A DNA stretch of 40,223 bases from Octopus bimaculoides (lineage: Eukaryota): positions 14,647,962 to 14,688,184 of the forward strand of contig NC_068981.1 in the NCBI RefSeq assembly GCF_001194135.2. Direction: 5' to 3'. The notes under the pieces are model-generated. The model had not been told where the DNA came from and searched no databases. It was given only the letters and a program-made list of their open reading frames with translations. This document shows positions 24,454 through 37,639 of the stretch, piece after piece. A program made the translations under genes and the position numbers. Each line of letters starts with the position of its first letter. The stretch's first letter is position 1.

Positions 24454-24579
24454 AATTATAGCTTGACACCAACAGGTTTAGTAAATAGGTGTAATTATAG
24501 TTTGACACAATCAGGTTTCGTAAATATGTATAATTATAGCTTCACACCAACAGGTTTCGTAAATATGTGTAATTTTAGC
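24454..24579 (+). repeat. 39-bp minisatellite, about 3.2 units
   Basis: Units at 24454, 24493, 24532; consensus aattatagcttgacaccaacaggtttcgtaaatatgtgt. Confidence 0.92.
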
Positions 24580-25097
24580 AACATTTTTTCACTAATCAAA
24601 AGTTATATTAGCATTTGTGCCTACAATTATCCCAATAGTGTAGTAATACACTCATAAAACAATACATCTAGTATATTAATCTACTGAGCACGTGTAAGTC
24701 CTCATATTAAAAACACTAACCAAAATTATCAAATATTAAGAAGCTACACAGACACATATTTGTCAGATTTTACACACGTAAGCGAAAATAATATGCATTG
24801 TATCCATCAATCTATCTATGTATCTATCTCCCCCCCTCTCTCTCTGTATACACACACCCACACATATATATATATATATATANNNNNNNNNNNNNNNNNN
24901 NNNNNNNNNNNNNNNNNNNNNNNNNNNNNNNNNNNNNNNNNNNNNNNNNNNNNNNNNNNNNNNNNNNNNNNNNNNNNNNNNNNNNNNNNNNNNNNNNNNN
25001 NNNNNNNNNNNNNNNNNNNNNNNNNNNNNNNNNNNNNNNNNNNNNNNNNNNNNNNNNNNNNNNNNNNNNNNNNNNNNNNNNNNNNNNNNNNNNNNNN

Positions 25098-25132
<35 letters not shown>

Positions 25133-25439
25133 GTATATAGTTTTCTGTTAAGGTTATATCAACAGACAAAATGACTTCATCCGGTGAGAATTATGCGTTG
25201 TTTACTGTATACACTATATACTTATGAGTTACTGATAGTTTCGTTCATCGGAAAAGTTTTCTGGGCTGATTCTAATAACTCGTCTTGTGTCTGCAAACCA
25301 TCATGAGATTCTGGGCACATGGCCTATTCAAATTACAAATCAGGACAATATAAGGAGAGAAGTCAGGAGTAAAGAGCAGAGGAAGGTGGATGTAAAAGAG
25401 ATAAAGGTTAAAGAAGCGGAAAAAATCAGAACAAAAGAA

Positions 25440-25765
25440 GTAGAGATACGGTCCTAGTGTTAGGTTTGCTCTCAGGAATACATTAGTATCCTCCATTGCA
25501 GAGCTTTCAAGTGGTATATCTGAACGGACCATGTCATGCCGTATTAAACTGACAAAAGTTAAGTTTCTTACCGTTTTCAGTATATATGCACCTAAAATCT
25601 CCCATTCTGATGTAACTGTAGGACAGTTTCATGATATTCGAACACAATTATTGAGGAAAGTACCAATTTCTGACAAGTTGATCATATTGGGAAACTTCAA
25701 TGCAAGAGTTGGAAAGGACCATGTTTTATGGCTTGTTTTAGGTCGACATGGGATTGGAAAATGAT
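25440..25765 (+). mobile_element. RTE/BovB-like LINE AP-endonuclease fragment
   Basis: GFALRNTLVSSIAELSSGISERTMSCRIKLTKVKFLTVFSIYAP...LLRKVPISDKLIILGNFNARVGKD..W.VLGRHGIGK: APE motifs YAP and GDFNA (here GNFNA). Confidence 0.88.
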
Positions 25766-25997
25766 GACTGGGTGCCTCTCATGAATGGGAAAATTGAAGA
25801 TGCGCCAGAAAGCATCATTAGTACTGATGTGTCTTCCTCTGTCATACTGTGCATATTCGTCATTTTAATTCATCTGCTGACTGCCATTCTGCATAAGAGT
25901 GCATGTTGCAGCATCTCAGCCTTTGTTTATATATTTGCAAATATACTTCTTAGAGTTAACAGAGTTTCAAAATTCAACATTGACTCTGGCAACCTGT
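25766..25997 (-). mobile_element. Helitron Rep (HUH endonuclease region) fragment
   Basis: ARVNVEF*NSVNSKKYICKYINKG*DAA...NDEYAQYDRGRHISTNDAFWRIFNFPIHERHP matches Helitron Rep HINVE.C.S..S.KY..KY..KG.D...DEI..Y...RYIS..EA.WRIF.FPIH.R.P. Confidence 0.85.
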
Positions 25998-26238
25998 ACT
26001 CATGTTTGCTTTACTGTAGAATACTGATCCTCTACGTCTACCACGACTCTTCTTGTAGAGAGTGAGACCAGCGTTCTCGGAAACTTTTTCGAAAATTAAA
26101 TTGTGGATTAAATGAAAAATGTGTTACGTGAATATCTTCACAAGATTGATTCAAATAAATAGCGATTGTGGAACGCCTCACGCAGGATTACACAGGCACA
26201 CACACACACAGAGTATCAAACATCAGAGGAAATTGACA

Positions 26239-26243
<5 letters not shown>

Positions 26244-26280
<37 letters not shown>

Positions 26281-26396
26281 GTTCTGTGGTCATATGTACG
26301 TACATACATAAATAAATATGCGTATATTTTTATGCATGTGTGCATGTGTGTGAGAGAGAGACAAAGAAAGTGAACGTCACTTAGACATCACCCTCG

Positions 26397-26460
<64 letters not shown>

Positions 26461-26461
26461 G
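26244..26461. repeat. (GA)n (26244-26278) and (CT)n (26397-26461) microsatellites
   Basis: Direct. Confidence 0.9.
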
Positions 26462-27121
26462 TCACACACATACGCGCACACACACACGCACGCATACAGA
26501 AAAATGGTGTATGCAAATGTACTTATGCAGCTAGGTATACATGACAACACATTCCTTGACTAAATCACTCAATCTCTCTCTTTCTCTCACAAGCAAACAC
26601 ACATACATAAATGTATACAAACCTATTTACAAAAACACACGTGCGCGTATGCTACAGACTTGTGTATGTCAGAGAAAGAGAGGAGCGAGGACACTGCAAT
26701 CAATCAATGAAATAAACATGAAATGAAACAATCGTTTAAATAAAAGCTCTTGTACCGAATATTTAAATTTGTGAATGTAGTAAATATTTATCTTAATAAT
26801 ATATCCTAGATGTTTGCAAATAGTGAATTAAAATTTGAAATGAAAACATCAACATAGAAAGTGAGAGATTTAGCAAATGAAAACGGAAAATTTCGCCGTT
26901 GCTGCATCAATAGCGGAAGTTGACATTGAGAGAACATTCTAAAGAAGTGAATCATATATATAAAGCAGTATCATTTAATTTTAATAAAAAAAAAACACAA
27001 AAAAACAGAAACCTTATTATGTACCCAAAGTTAAATTATTTATGCATCCCAAGTCTGGAAGCAATTCGTGCAGTCGTTTGCGAATACACACACAAACAGA
27101 GGTCTAGTTTATATAAGAAGA

Positions 27122-27327
27122 TGCACACACACACACACACACATACACACACACAAACACACACAGACATACACACATACACACACACCACACATGCACA
27201 CACACCACACATACACACACACATACATATATATATATACATATATATGCATATATATAGGTGTGTGTGTATGTATATATATAGACATATACCAGTATAT
27301 ATATGTATATATATAATTATATAGGTG

Positions 27328-27401
<74 letters not shown>

Positions 27402-27494
27402 NNNNNNNNNNNNNNNNNNNNNNNNNNNNNNNNNNNNNNNNNNNNNNNNNNNNNNNNNNNNNNNNNNNNNNNNNNNNNNNNNNNNNNNNNNNNN

Positions 27495-27556
<62 letters not shown>
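27122..27556. repeat. Compound (CA)n/(TA)n/(TG)n microsatellite field spanning a gap
   Basis: Direct. Confidence 0.95.
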
Positions 27557-27557
<1 letters not shown>

Positions 27558-27931
27558 ATACATGTATATATATAATATAGACATGAGTATTTTTTCATAC
27601 GTCGATATACCTACTTGTGCATTCATCTAACGTATGATTAATGCAATTCAATTACGTTACGCATTTGCCTAGAATAAAATAATACAAATAGCTCCAATAA
27701 ATATTTATGGCAAACAATCTTTCAATCTGAACCAAGTCAAACACATAGTTTAAATATTTTAAAATAGAATCTCATTCCACCAACTTCAATTTAAACACAA
27801 TATGAGTTACGCTGAGTGAGTAAATACTGCGTTTACAAACATTCTTTTACGGACCATGAAACATAACAACAAAAACCACCGCATACGAAAAACGTCGTGA
27901 CATGAATCTGCCATACGTTAACTGGAAATAC

Positions 27932-27966
27932 CTGTTTGCTCAGTTACTTCCGAGCTTGCCGGAACG
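27932..27966 (-). CDS. Candidate 35-nt internal exon
   Basis: gtgttctttgtag|CGTTCC...CAAACAG|gtattt; only one frame open (VPASSEVTEQT). Confidence 0.2.
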
Positions 27967-28471
27967 CTACAAAGAACACAAACTCTCATTAAGCAAAACA
28001 CATATCTTAACCCATATCAAACAAACATATATCTTACTCTATTCCCCTTCTAATAGTTCTGCTTCTCTGATCTACCTATACCAAGCCTGATTATCATTTC
28101 ACATTACTGTACATATACACCTGCCTAAATCAACTTGCCTCATGAAATAAGGAGAGACAAGACTCTAAAAATCTCACGTAGCACAGTCTGACCAGTTGAA
28201 GTAAACAAAACTTTCGAAGCCAATGATGACCTTTTACTTGGCAAAGCTATTGAGGAACTATTCAGTTTAGTGTTATACGTTTTGATATTTGGCTTTCAAT
28301 ATGCATTCATACATAGATATGTGTGTGTGTGTGTTTGTGTACTTGTGCATGTATGTCTGTATATATATATATTTATATATATGGGTGTGCCTGCTTTTTT
28401 CTGCTTATAGACATACGCATACATATTCATATAAGAGTATTTGTGTGCGTGATTATATATGTGTTTGCTTG

Positions 28472-28475
<4 letters not shown>

Positions 28476-28519
<44 letters not shown>

Positions 28520-28923
28520 NNNNNNNNNNNNNNNNNNNNNNNNNNNNNNNNNNNNNNNNNNNNNNNNNNNNNNNNNNNNNNNNNNNNNNNNNNNNNNNNN
28601 NNNNNNNNNNNNNNNNNNNNNNNNNNNNNNNNNNNNNNNNNNNNNNNNNNNNNNNNNNNNNNNNNNNNNNNNNNNNNNNNNNNNNNNNNNNNNNNNNNNN
28701 NNNNNNNNNNNNNNNNNNNNNNNNNNNNNNNNNNNNNNNNNNNNNNNNNNNNNNNNNNNNNNNNNNNNNNNNNNNNNNNNNNNNNNNNNNNNNNNNNNNN
28801 NNNNNNNNNNNNNNNNNNNNNNNNNNNNNNNNNNNNNNNNNNNNNNNNNNNNNNNNNNNNNNNNNNNNNNNNNNNNNNNNNNNNNNNNNNNNNNNNNNNN
28901 NNNNNNNNNNNNNNNNNNNNNNN

Positions 28924-28958
<35 letters not shown>

Positions 28959-28970
28959 CATACATACATA
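28476..28970. repeat. (TG)n and (TA)n/(TACA)n microsatellites flanking a gap
   Basis: Direct. Confidence 0.9.
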
Positions 28971-29399
28971 GGAAAGTAGTAAAAGGGATTAATAAATATG
29001 CGTGTGTGCTGTTGTGCAAATGCATGGAAGTATATGAATATATTCTTGTGCGTAGGGGAATTTGTCGATAAAGAATATAGTATATAACACTACAGCTAAC
29101 CTTAGCCGGGAGTTATTTTGAGACATTTGTGTTTATTTATCAGCTGTCACTGTTTAGTATTTCCTACTTCTTTGCTTCTTTGTGCATAATCCTCAAATGC
29201 AGATAACACCAGCATAGCATTTTCCGTGGTAATATGAAAAGGTTTTGACAAACAGTCATTGGTATGGAGTATGTTCAAAATTACACACACAGATATATCA
29301 GAAACACACACATACATATATCTTTTCACACATACACAAGCACATCTATATCTCTATCTGTCTATGTATATCTATAACAATCTCTCACTCTCTATCTAT

Positions 29400-29439
29400 C
29401 TACATATATACATACACACATGCATACATACACACATGC

Positions 29440-29514
<75 letters not shown>

Positions 29515-29525
29515 CATGCATATGT
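29400..29525. repeat. (CATA)n/(TA)n compound microsatellite
   Basis: Direct. Confidence 0.9.
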
Positions 29526-30230
29526 ATGTGCATTTAACTATGAATAATAATGCCTAGGTGCATTAATTTCTTTATATATATACGCATGTATGTATTAATA
29601 CATTACATGGAGAGTTTATTTTAAATTTTTTTTATGTTTAGTAAGTCTCTTTGAAATTTAGAGATCATATCCCTTACTGTGATACGATCGCTACACTCCA
29701 TTTGCAATAATGGAAATGCTAATAATTAGGTTTCGAAACGTACTGCCAATTTGTCCTGTTGTAAGATTGGCAGTGTAGATAGCAATTTCTTTGCATATTC
29801 ACTATATGTTAAATAATCTCCTACTTCCACTGAATATTTCTCTCACAAGTGTTTCTCTTGTGAAATTATTGATTTATTTGACTATATAAAAAGGCCAAGT
29901 GTTTTAGGACTAGCATACGGAGGAATGTGTAGTTTACAAAAATATTGCTGTTGCTTATTTTTGGAAAAGTCAGTGAGAAATAACATGATGGCAGGAATTA
30001 TATTTTCCATGCACTTTTTTTATGTTACATCTCAAGTATTTTTATATCATACAACCGTAATAAACCTGCTGTTAATAATGATTATTTCTAATTAATACTT
30101 CATAGTAAACCAACACAGAAAGGCATTAAAGCCATTGTACATCGTCTTAAGACAACAGTTTATAGACAAATTCACATATTGCTTGTGTCGTGACTATTTC
30201 GATAAATTAAAACTGGAAGTCTTACAATAT

Positions 30231-30368
30231 AAATTCCGCCGATGTCAACTTTGCCTTTCATCCTTTCGGGGTCGATAAATGAAGTACCAGTTGCGTACTG
30301 GAGTCGATCTAATCGACAGGTCTCCTCTCTCAAAGTTTCGGGCCTTGTGCCTAGAGTAGAAAAGAATA
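30231..30368 (+). mobile_element. SINE family A, 5'-truncated
   Basis: aaattccgccgatgtcaactttgcctttcatcctttcggggtcgataaatgaagtaccagttgcgtactgg...gcctagagtagaaaagaata. Confidence 0.9.
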
Positions 30369-30851
30369 TAAGGGACACTTGAAGCGTAAGTTATTAATAA
30401 AATATAAAAAGACTATAACAAAACTGACAGAGAGTTATCCAGGCAACGTAGGTTGTTATTTATTGTAAACATTAGAAAAGAGAAACAAATCGTCTACGGG
30501 TGTATTTGGGTTCACAAAAACAATGCAACCACTAGCTGGTGTCTAATGACGGAGAATGTTCTAATGCAACGTAACCGGTATGTTTTCTGCTTAAACATTT
30601 TTCTTCCAGTTTTGAATTATATATTTATTTATAGCCCTGCAGAGTGCTGTAACAATCGTTTTATTTCTTAGTAAAAATTTGTGCTTTAAAATCAAATTCT
30701 TTCATTTGTATATTCTATAAAATCATTCACCTCTCTGAATAACAAGTGTAACATTTGCACGCAATGCACATCCTTGTAAGCATTCACTTTATCACCAATA
30801 GTATACTTTTTGTATCATTTCGAGCCCTTGTTCCTATTTTTTATCTTACTC

Positions 30852-32785
30852 ATCATCAACATGATCATGATATTCATCATCGCATCATCATTATTCAAGA
30901 TCCACAGTATCCAATATTGTGATGTCGTGGATTGGGTGTAATGTGTGGACCGGAGGTTTGTATATTATGTCAAATCACAACCAGGACCTCAGACAAACAC
31001 TACTTCATGCAATATGCGTGCTGTTCCAAGTAGAGCAAAGTTTTGTGATGTACTAAGAATGAAGGGTATTTGTGAAGTCCTCGGGTGCTTCTTCATGTTT
31101 GGTGGCATTAAACCCAATGCGCCGGTGACAACATGAACAAACTTTGTTTGACTCTCATAGCTGCCACATTTTTGTCTTCTCAAATTTCAAGTCACTATGT
31201 TTGTCGATGTTTTCTCTATCCTCCATGATAATACGGTGTTACGCTGGCACAACCATGGAGATTATTAACCAGCTCTTGCTTGTCCCTCCTAATCGCTATT
31301 AAATCTGGCCTTCGGTGCTCTAACATATTATATGTCTGGAAATCAAAGTCCCAGAGCTCATTTTCCTCCCCGTCTTTGTCCATTACATTTTCTGGTGTAT
31401 GTCAGTACCAAGGATTTGGGCTAACTTTCCGTGTTTGACCTTGTACTCTTTGTGCACAAGAATTTCATGAGCACTCACGATTTCGACCTCTTTCCCACAC
31501 TTTCTGCGGAGGTTCATTGTACTTCTATAGTATAGGCGCCGAACTAGCAGAATCGTTAGCACGCCAGGCGAAATGCTTAGCGGTATTTCGTCTGTCTCTA
31601 CGTTCTGAGTTTAAATTCCGCCAAGGTCGACTTTGCCCTTCATCGTTTCAGGGTCGATAAATTAAATACCAGTTGCGTACTGGGATCGATCCAATCGATT
31701 GGCCCCTTTCCCCAAATTTCAGGCCTTGTGCCTGGAGAAGAATTGATTATTATTATTTTTTTTGTTGTTTTCCTGTCTATTTTGATTAGTTCGTTTAATA
31801 TCCAGTTAAGGATATTGTAACTAAATTATAACAGGGACGGCTAGAGTGTTGATGCCTATTATCTTGTGTTTTGAATTGTACTCTGTTTTCAATATTAATC
31901 TAACTTGTCTATAGTATTCCTTTATTATTTTCTCTTTCCTTTGTGTGTGTGTGTTGTAGTGTATCTACTTCAACGATTTCTAAGTATTTGTATGTCTGGC
32001 TTTGGTTTAAATCTCTTATTTCATTTGTTTTATCTAGTGTGATATTGCTACTCTTAACTGGTTTTCCTCCTTTCAAAGTTGCTTTGTCACATTTTCTAAG
32101 CCAACTTTTCATGTTTATTTCTTTGGTAAATCCATATACTGTCTGTAGTAATGTTTCCAGCTGTTTATCATTTGTAGCATACAGTTCTAGGTCATCCATA
32201 TATATCTACATCCAGTTCTGTTTAGCATGTCAAATAAAGGTGTCAGTGCCAAGCAGAAAAGGAGTGGAGAGAGTGTGTCTCCCTGGAATATTCCTTTTCT
32301 AATGGGGATGGCTTTCGTTTTTATGAGTCCCTCTTTTGTCTGGAGCTGTAGCACAGTCCGCCATTTATTCATGGAATGGGTTATATATTTTATGATTAGT
32401 GGTGCTACCGTGTTCATGGCTAGTGCTTTTAGAATCCATTTATGGGGAATACTATCAAAACCTTTTCGGTAATCGATCCAGGTCATACTTACAACTTTCT
32501 TCTTTTTGCGGTTGTCTTCAGGTATGGCTTTTTTTATCAGTAGCTGATCTTTACAGTGGTACGGGCCCTTCTAGCATCCCTTCTGCTCTTCTGGAAACAG
32601 GTTGTTTCCTTCCAGATACTTGCTCATTCTTTGTGATATTATTACAGTAAAGGCTTTGTAAATTGGAGAGATACAAGTTATTGGTCTGTAATTTTGTGGG
32701 TTTGCTGTTTCAGTGGATTTGGGATTTAGGATAGTTTACCCTTCCGTGAGCCGTTCAGTCATTGGCTCTGGCTCTGCTAGTATGT
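30852..32785 (-). mobile_element. RLE-type non-LTR retrotransposon (R4/Dong-like), 5'-truncated, internally deleted
   Basis: RT: TILNPKSTETANPQNYRPITC, WIDYRKGFDSIPHKW, GIFQGDTLSPLLFCLAL, YMDDLELYA (32191-32202), EYYRQVRLILKT. C-terminus: decayed Zn knuckle (RKCGKE...HKEYKVKH), ELWDF, EHRRPDLI (restriction-like endonuclease), ALLGTARIL. (ATG)n-like tail at about 30852-30895. Confidence 0.9.
31534..31757 (+). mobile_element. SINE family A, full length, nested antisense in the RLE-LINE
   Basis: aggcgccgaactagcagaatcgttagcacgccaggcgaaatgcttagcgg...ggccttgtgcc followed by an (ATT)n tail. Confidence 0.92.
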
Positions 32786-32868
32786 CATCATCATCATCAT
32801 CATCATCATCGTCGTCGTCGTCGTCATTATTATTATTATTATTATCATTATTATTATTGTTGTTGTTA
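32785..32868. repeat. Graded trinucleotide array (CAT)n-(CGT)n-(ATT)n-(GTT)n
   Basis: Direct. Confidence 0.95.
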
Positions 32869-32871
32869 TAA

Positions 32872-33008
32872 CTGCGAGGTTTATTTGTCTTTCATACTTC
32901 TGGGGTTCGAGTATATAAGATGCCATTAATTGATGTATAAATGGAAGGGAATCGTTCCTCGCCGTAAAATTGCTGGCTTTATACCAACGCTAGGAGGAAT
33001 CATTATTG
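32872..33008 (+). mobile_element. Decayed SINE family A 3' part
   Basis: cgaggtttatttgtctttcatacttctgggg...aaaattgctggcttt, weakly aligning to the copies above. Confidence 0.45.
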
Positions 33009-35664
33009 TAAATATTTTCATATTTAATATTGCTATTTGACCAAGGAAACGAAGTTTCTGGTACGCTCTGCCAATTCTCTTCAAGATATATTATTTTCAA
33101 ATGTTTCTTTTTAAATAATTTGATGATCATACTTGAATATATATATTTATGACATGTTCAAGTATGAACTCACTACTAAAATCATTTACCAAGAGTTCTC
33201 ATAGATGTTGATGTATGTGTACTTAGCCATCAGCGAGACTAGTTTTGGAACACAAACTTTTGAAAAAAGGATAGATATGTGAGAGGTATTGCCTAGATTT
33301 TCCCACATTTGCCAATGTTATCTAAGCATCTTGTCATCCATTCAGATCATATGTAAAGAGATTTTATTAGGCTAACATATATTAACTGCACAGCGTTTCA
33401 GAAATTTTAATGTTTCGCTACACAGACCAGAATGTTTTCAAATGTTCCTCAAATTTACAAGACATAAAGGACGTAGCTCAGTTGCCGGAATCTCGATAGA
33501 TGTTTTCTAGTAACTTATAAATATTTTCTAGCAAGTTAATCAGATGTGAATTCCTGTTGTTTGTGTTCAAGAACCGATGATAAATCACTCGTAAGGGGAA
33601 CATTAGAACAATGGAGTTGCATTGTAGCCAACAGAGAGTGGTAGAAACGAAATATTGGAGGGAGGATTGTTCACAAATTACAACATGCTTCGTAGGCGAT
33701 ACGGTAGCGGTAAAAATATCACAATACCATTTGTAAACGGTTCTGTTATCTAAAATTAGGGATATAGATTACAAACTAAATAGCAAATGGAGTTCAATTG
33801 TTTTGTGCAGGGAATCAATAACTTTGCAACAAAGCCATTATTCAATGTTCGGTGGTTACTGATGTACGCGAACAAACCGATTCTAGATGTACTAAGATGT
33901 CACGACCTCTTTAATTTACGTTTAAGCACGAGGATAGTAATAGCCACGCAAGATTATTTCATCCATAAAAATTTGTTTATATCGGACTAAGATTTAAGCA
34001 GAATCATTGGCAAAGAGAATATAGGGCCAAAATATTCTCTTGCTTAGGCTCTACCTAACTTCTATGTCCAGCAGCGTCTGCTCATCGGCCGCTCTAAATG
34101 CTCATTCTCAGAATCTATATGTGTTCACTCTAACAATGCTATGTGATTTGGTCTTGCATATCTGAAAGCGAGACATGAAAGAACGTCATCTGCATACGTC
34201 TACGGCATCAACATCATATCAGTTGACATACAAAAAATTGCGATCGAGCCAGAAGTTCGTAATAGAAACGCATTTACATTAGATCATTCTGAAGTTTTAT
34301 AATAAAGCCGTTGGAGAGCAAAATTAACATTGGTCATCATTTACAGCTGGACCTATATTGTGGTGTGTTACTCAGCTTCTGCTTTCGTTCAAATATCGAC
34401 ATCGATCAGAAATAAGATGAGTAGTTACGAGTAGTTTCCTCATATTCATAGATAAAAAGGATACACTGGAGGACTAGAATGTTCACGTTTTTTTTTAATA
34501 TGATTTGAGTCCTTCTGGTCAAAATATCTATTTGGTACTAACTTCCTGTTATTATAGGACTCAAAATACTAGTAATAGTTAGACATACGTTAAGACCCGA
34601 ACATAAACAGACATGTGGGCGTTTTTGGAAGCAGTGCTATCTATATCACAACCCCACTACATATTTCTCTACCATCTGGCATGTCAATTCTTCAAATAAT
34701 ATACGGCTGGAAAAATAGTCGATTGATTACAAACCTTCGAACGTTAAAGGGTTATATGTACGCAAAAAAGAAAATTATTCTAAGTATATATTTGTGCGAC
34801 GTTGAAAATAAACATACGAGACTGTTTGAGTGGGTGTTCAGTGAAAAACTATGGGTAAATGTAGGATATTCATGGATATTTATTGCTACCTAGATAATTG
34901 TTGATATGTAAATTGTGGGGAAACAATGCACCATGAGTCACGCCTAAGTTGTAACTTGATGTGACCGGGTTACTATGCACACTTCACAACAAATTCCCAA
35001 TTACATCCAGCGTTTTGTACATGGTCGATGCTCATATTCTTCCTGTTAAGAACTTGCTAAGTAAACCAGTAAATGATAAACTCAAAACAATAGTATCGAC
35101 ATATTTTATTATAGTACATGCATAGGATCATCATCAAATGTTCCATTTTCTGTAAGTTGGCCAAGTCAAAACACACACACATACACATGCAAACACACAG
35201 ATGAATATAAGTATATGTGTGCGTGTCTCTCTCTTCGTCTATGTATATTCACAATTTGAATTTGAGAAAATCTTGCTTCACTTTTACTGTTCCACCTACA
35301 AGGTTAATTTGCAATGTGCGCTAGCTGATTGATTTCTTCTCCTGAAAACGCCAGCTTTTCCAAATTACGTCAGCATTTACTCACAAAAAAACAAGTACAG
35401 CAATAAACGTTAATTTCTAATCTGGTTTCGAAGGATTTGTCCGTAATTTTCGTCCCCTTCAATTCTCGAACTATGTACAGCCTGTAATATTTATATGTGA
35501 CAGAAGTGTTGATGGAAGTATTTTACTAGTTATCTTTGCAATGATCTTTATGTATGTATTCAGTAACAGTGACTCACTATATTTAGTCCAGGACATTCTT
35601 TATTTTTTTTTTTCCAATGGCATATACATTGTTTTAGTAGTGACGTTTTATCGCATTGGGATGT

Positions 35665-35878
35665 AATATATTGCCATCAACTTTAAGCACAAGATCAGCA
35701 ATTGCTGGAAAGAAGTCGATTTTATCGACTCCGGTATCCGATTGGTACTTATTTTATCGTCCTCAAGTGATGAAACGCAAAGTCAATCTACGCAGAAGTT
35801 GCATTCTGAAGGAGAAGTCAGATGAAATGCCACTGACCATTTTCTCGGCGTGCTAACGATACGGCCAGCTTGCCGGCT
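35665..35878 (-). mobile_element. Diverged SINE family A copy
   Basis: Minus strand ggcaagctggccgtatcgttagcacgccgag...gattgactttgcgtttcatc...gataaaataagtacc...ggagtcgat. Confidence 0.8.
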
Positions 35879-37639
35879 TACTGAGTGGTGAGTGTATGAG
35901 AGTCATATATTGATTTCAGATTTTGACAGATGCTGAAACACACGTGTGATGTATTCCATACAAATGTGATATAATTGGCGTAGTCGTTGGAATTTAAAGG
36001 TTCTTTTTGCTTTTTGTTTTTTTTTACTTCTTTTCCCATATCGTTTTAGCAATCTCTGATTTTGGATTACAAACACTTAACCTTCGAAGTGTCACGACTG
36101 CATTTCATATTGTTCTGAATATCATACTGAAGTCTGTGGGAAATATACCAACGAATAGTCTCTGGTTTCAAGCTATATAGAAGGTCATATAAGAAAGAAT
36201 GCTATTACTACTATCACTACTCCATACACGTATCCATATTCTTCCGTCTTTCTCAATCTTTTTCCATAAATATAACACTGTATTTTAACATCACTCAACG
36301 TTTTCAGTACCTTTTTCATTTTCTTGTTCATTGTTTAGTTGTTCATATTTGTATTGTTCGATCTTCTAGAATGCATTGTCACCATTCAATGTTTCCACTT
36401 TTTTTTCATCTCTTGGTATTGTTGTATTTTATATCTCGTTCATCACGTGTTTTCTTATCATATTTTCGTCTACTTTTCGTAATACTATATCCATGTTACT
36501 TTATCCATGTCATATTTATTGATTCTATCTCTCCTTTTCTAGTTTTCTTTTTTGTTACGTTTCGTAAATGTTTTATCTTTTTCAACACAATTTCTACTAT
36601 TCATTCAATATTCGAATCTTTATGTACTTCGTAATTTATATATTTTACTTTCATGATACATTCTTGTATCTATATACATACATATTGTAGTTTCACACTA
36701 TATCTTTATATCTATGGTTATAGTTCAATAACCTGTCACTCATCATTTTTTTTTTCCGCTGATATACATAGTCATAGACTGCACAACACCTACGCAATTT
36801 TCATCTTTCAGTTGCTTATCCTTACATACACTTTTTTTACCGCCTAAATTTTCATAACAGAAAATACTGCGTTTATATATTTCTCCATTTCCTCGTCGCT
36901 CGTTCTATACTGCATTTCTCCATTGCCTCAATAATAAACTAAATTTATATTTTCTCGTCATGTCTTCTCTCTACATGTTCTTCTGGTGATGCTGAAGTTA
37001 TTAAGATTCCAATTCCAACAACTTTATAGCAAGATGTCTATCAGCTTCTATATCTTAATTGATAAGCAAAATAAACATTTCTTTCGATAGCCTGTACATA
37101 CTGGTATTGCTTTACCGCTTTGATAAAAATAAACGCCCAACAAAATCTAATGTTTATGCTCTGAGCTTGGCACTATGCCAATCTCCAGTACATGATTACA
37201 TAGTCTTCGACTCCTTTTCACTCTGTGGCTAGAGACACTTAAGATTGGCCAATATCCAAGCCACTTATTCAAGATTAATTGTTTCTTGCTTTCCCTTGAA
37301 CACACGCTAATTTTTTTACTACATATTATTTGTTTTATAAAAGAGTTTAAAAAAAAAAAACATTTGTCTGGCTTTTACTTGCATATAAGTTTATTTTGTT
37401 GAAAACTGTTGCTGTGGATTTCTAGATTTTAATAATCTGTCTGAAACATATACATGTACAAAACATACATATTGCACAAGTAATTTAGTAATCAAATCAG
37501 TCAAATATTAGGAAAATGTTAGTATTAATTATTAATTTAGAATTTGAAGTAATGAATATTAACTTCCATTGTCCAAATATTATACTGTTTTCATTCTATT
37601 TTTATCATATTGTATGGTTTTATTTCATTTGTGCTGTGT

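Noticed and set aside
24454-24579. Regular repeats resembling a CRISPR array
   Set aside because: Contiguous tandem units without unique spacers, in a eukaryotic context with no cas genes.
751-29071. Many 'long ORFs' in the track rich in YI/CV/HT dipeptides and X
   Set aside because: They are translations of (TA)n/(CA)n microsatellites and N gaps, not genes.
34048-34165. Strong minus-strand acceptor/donor pair
   Set aside because: All three frames contain stops; at most a non-coding exon.
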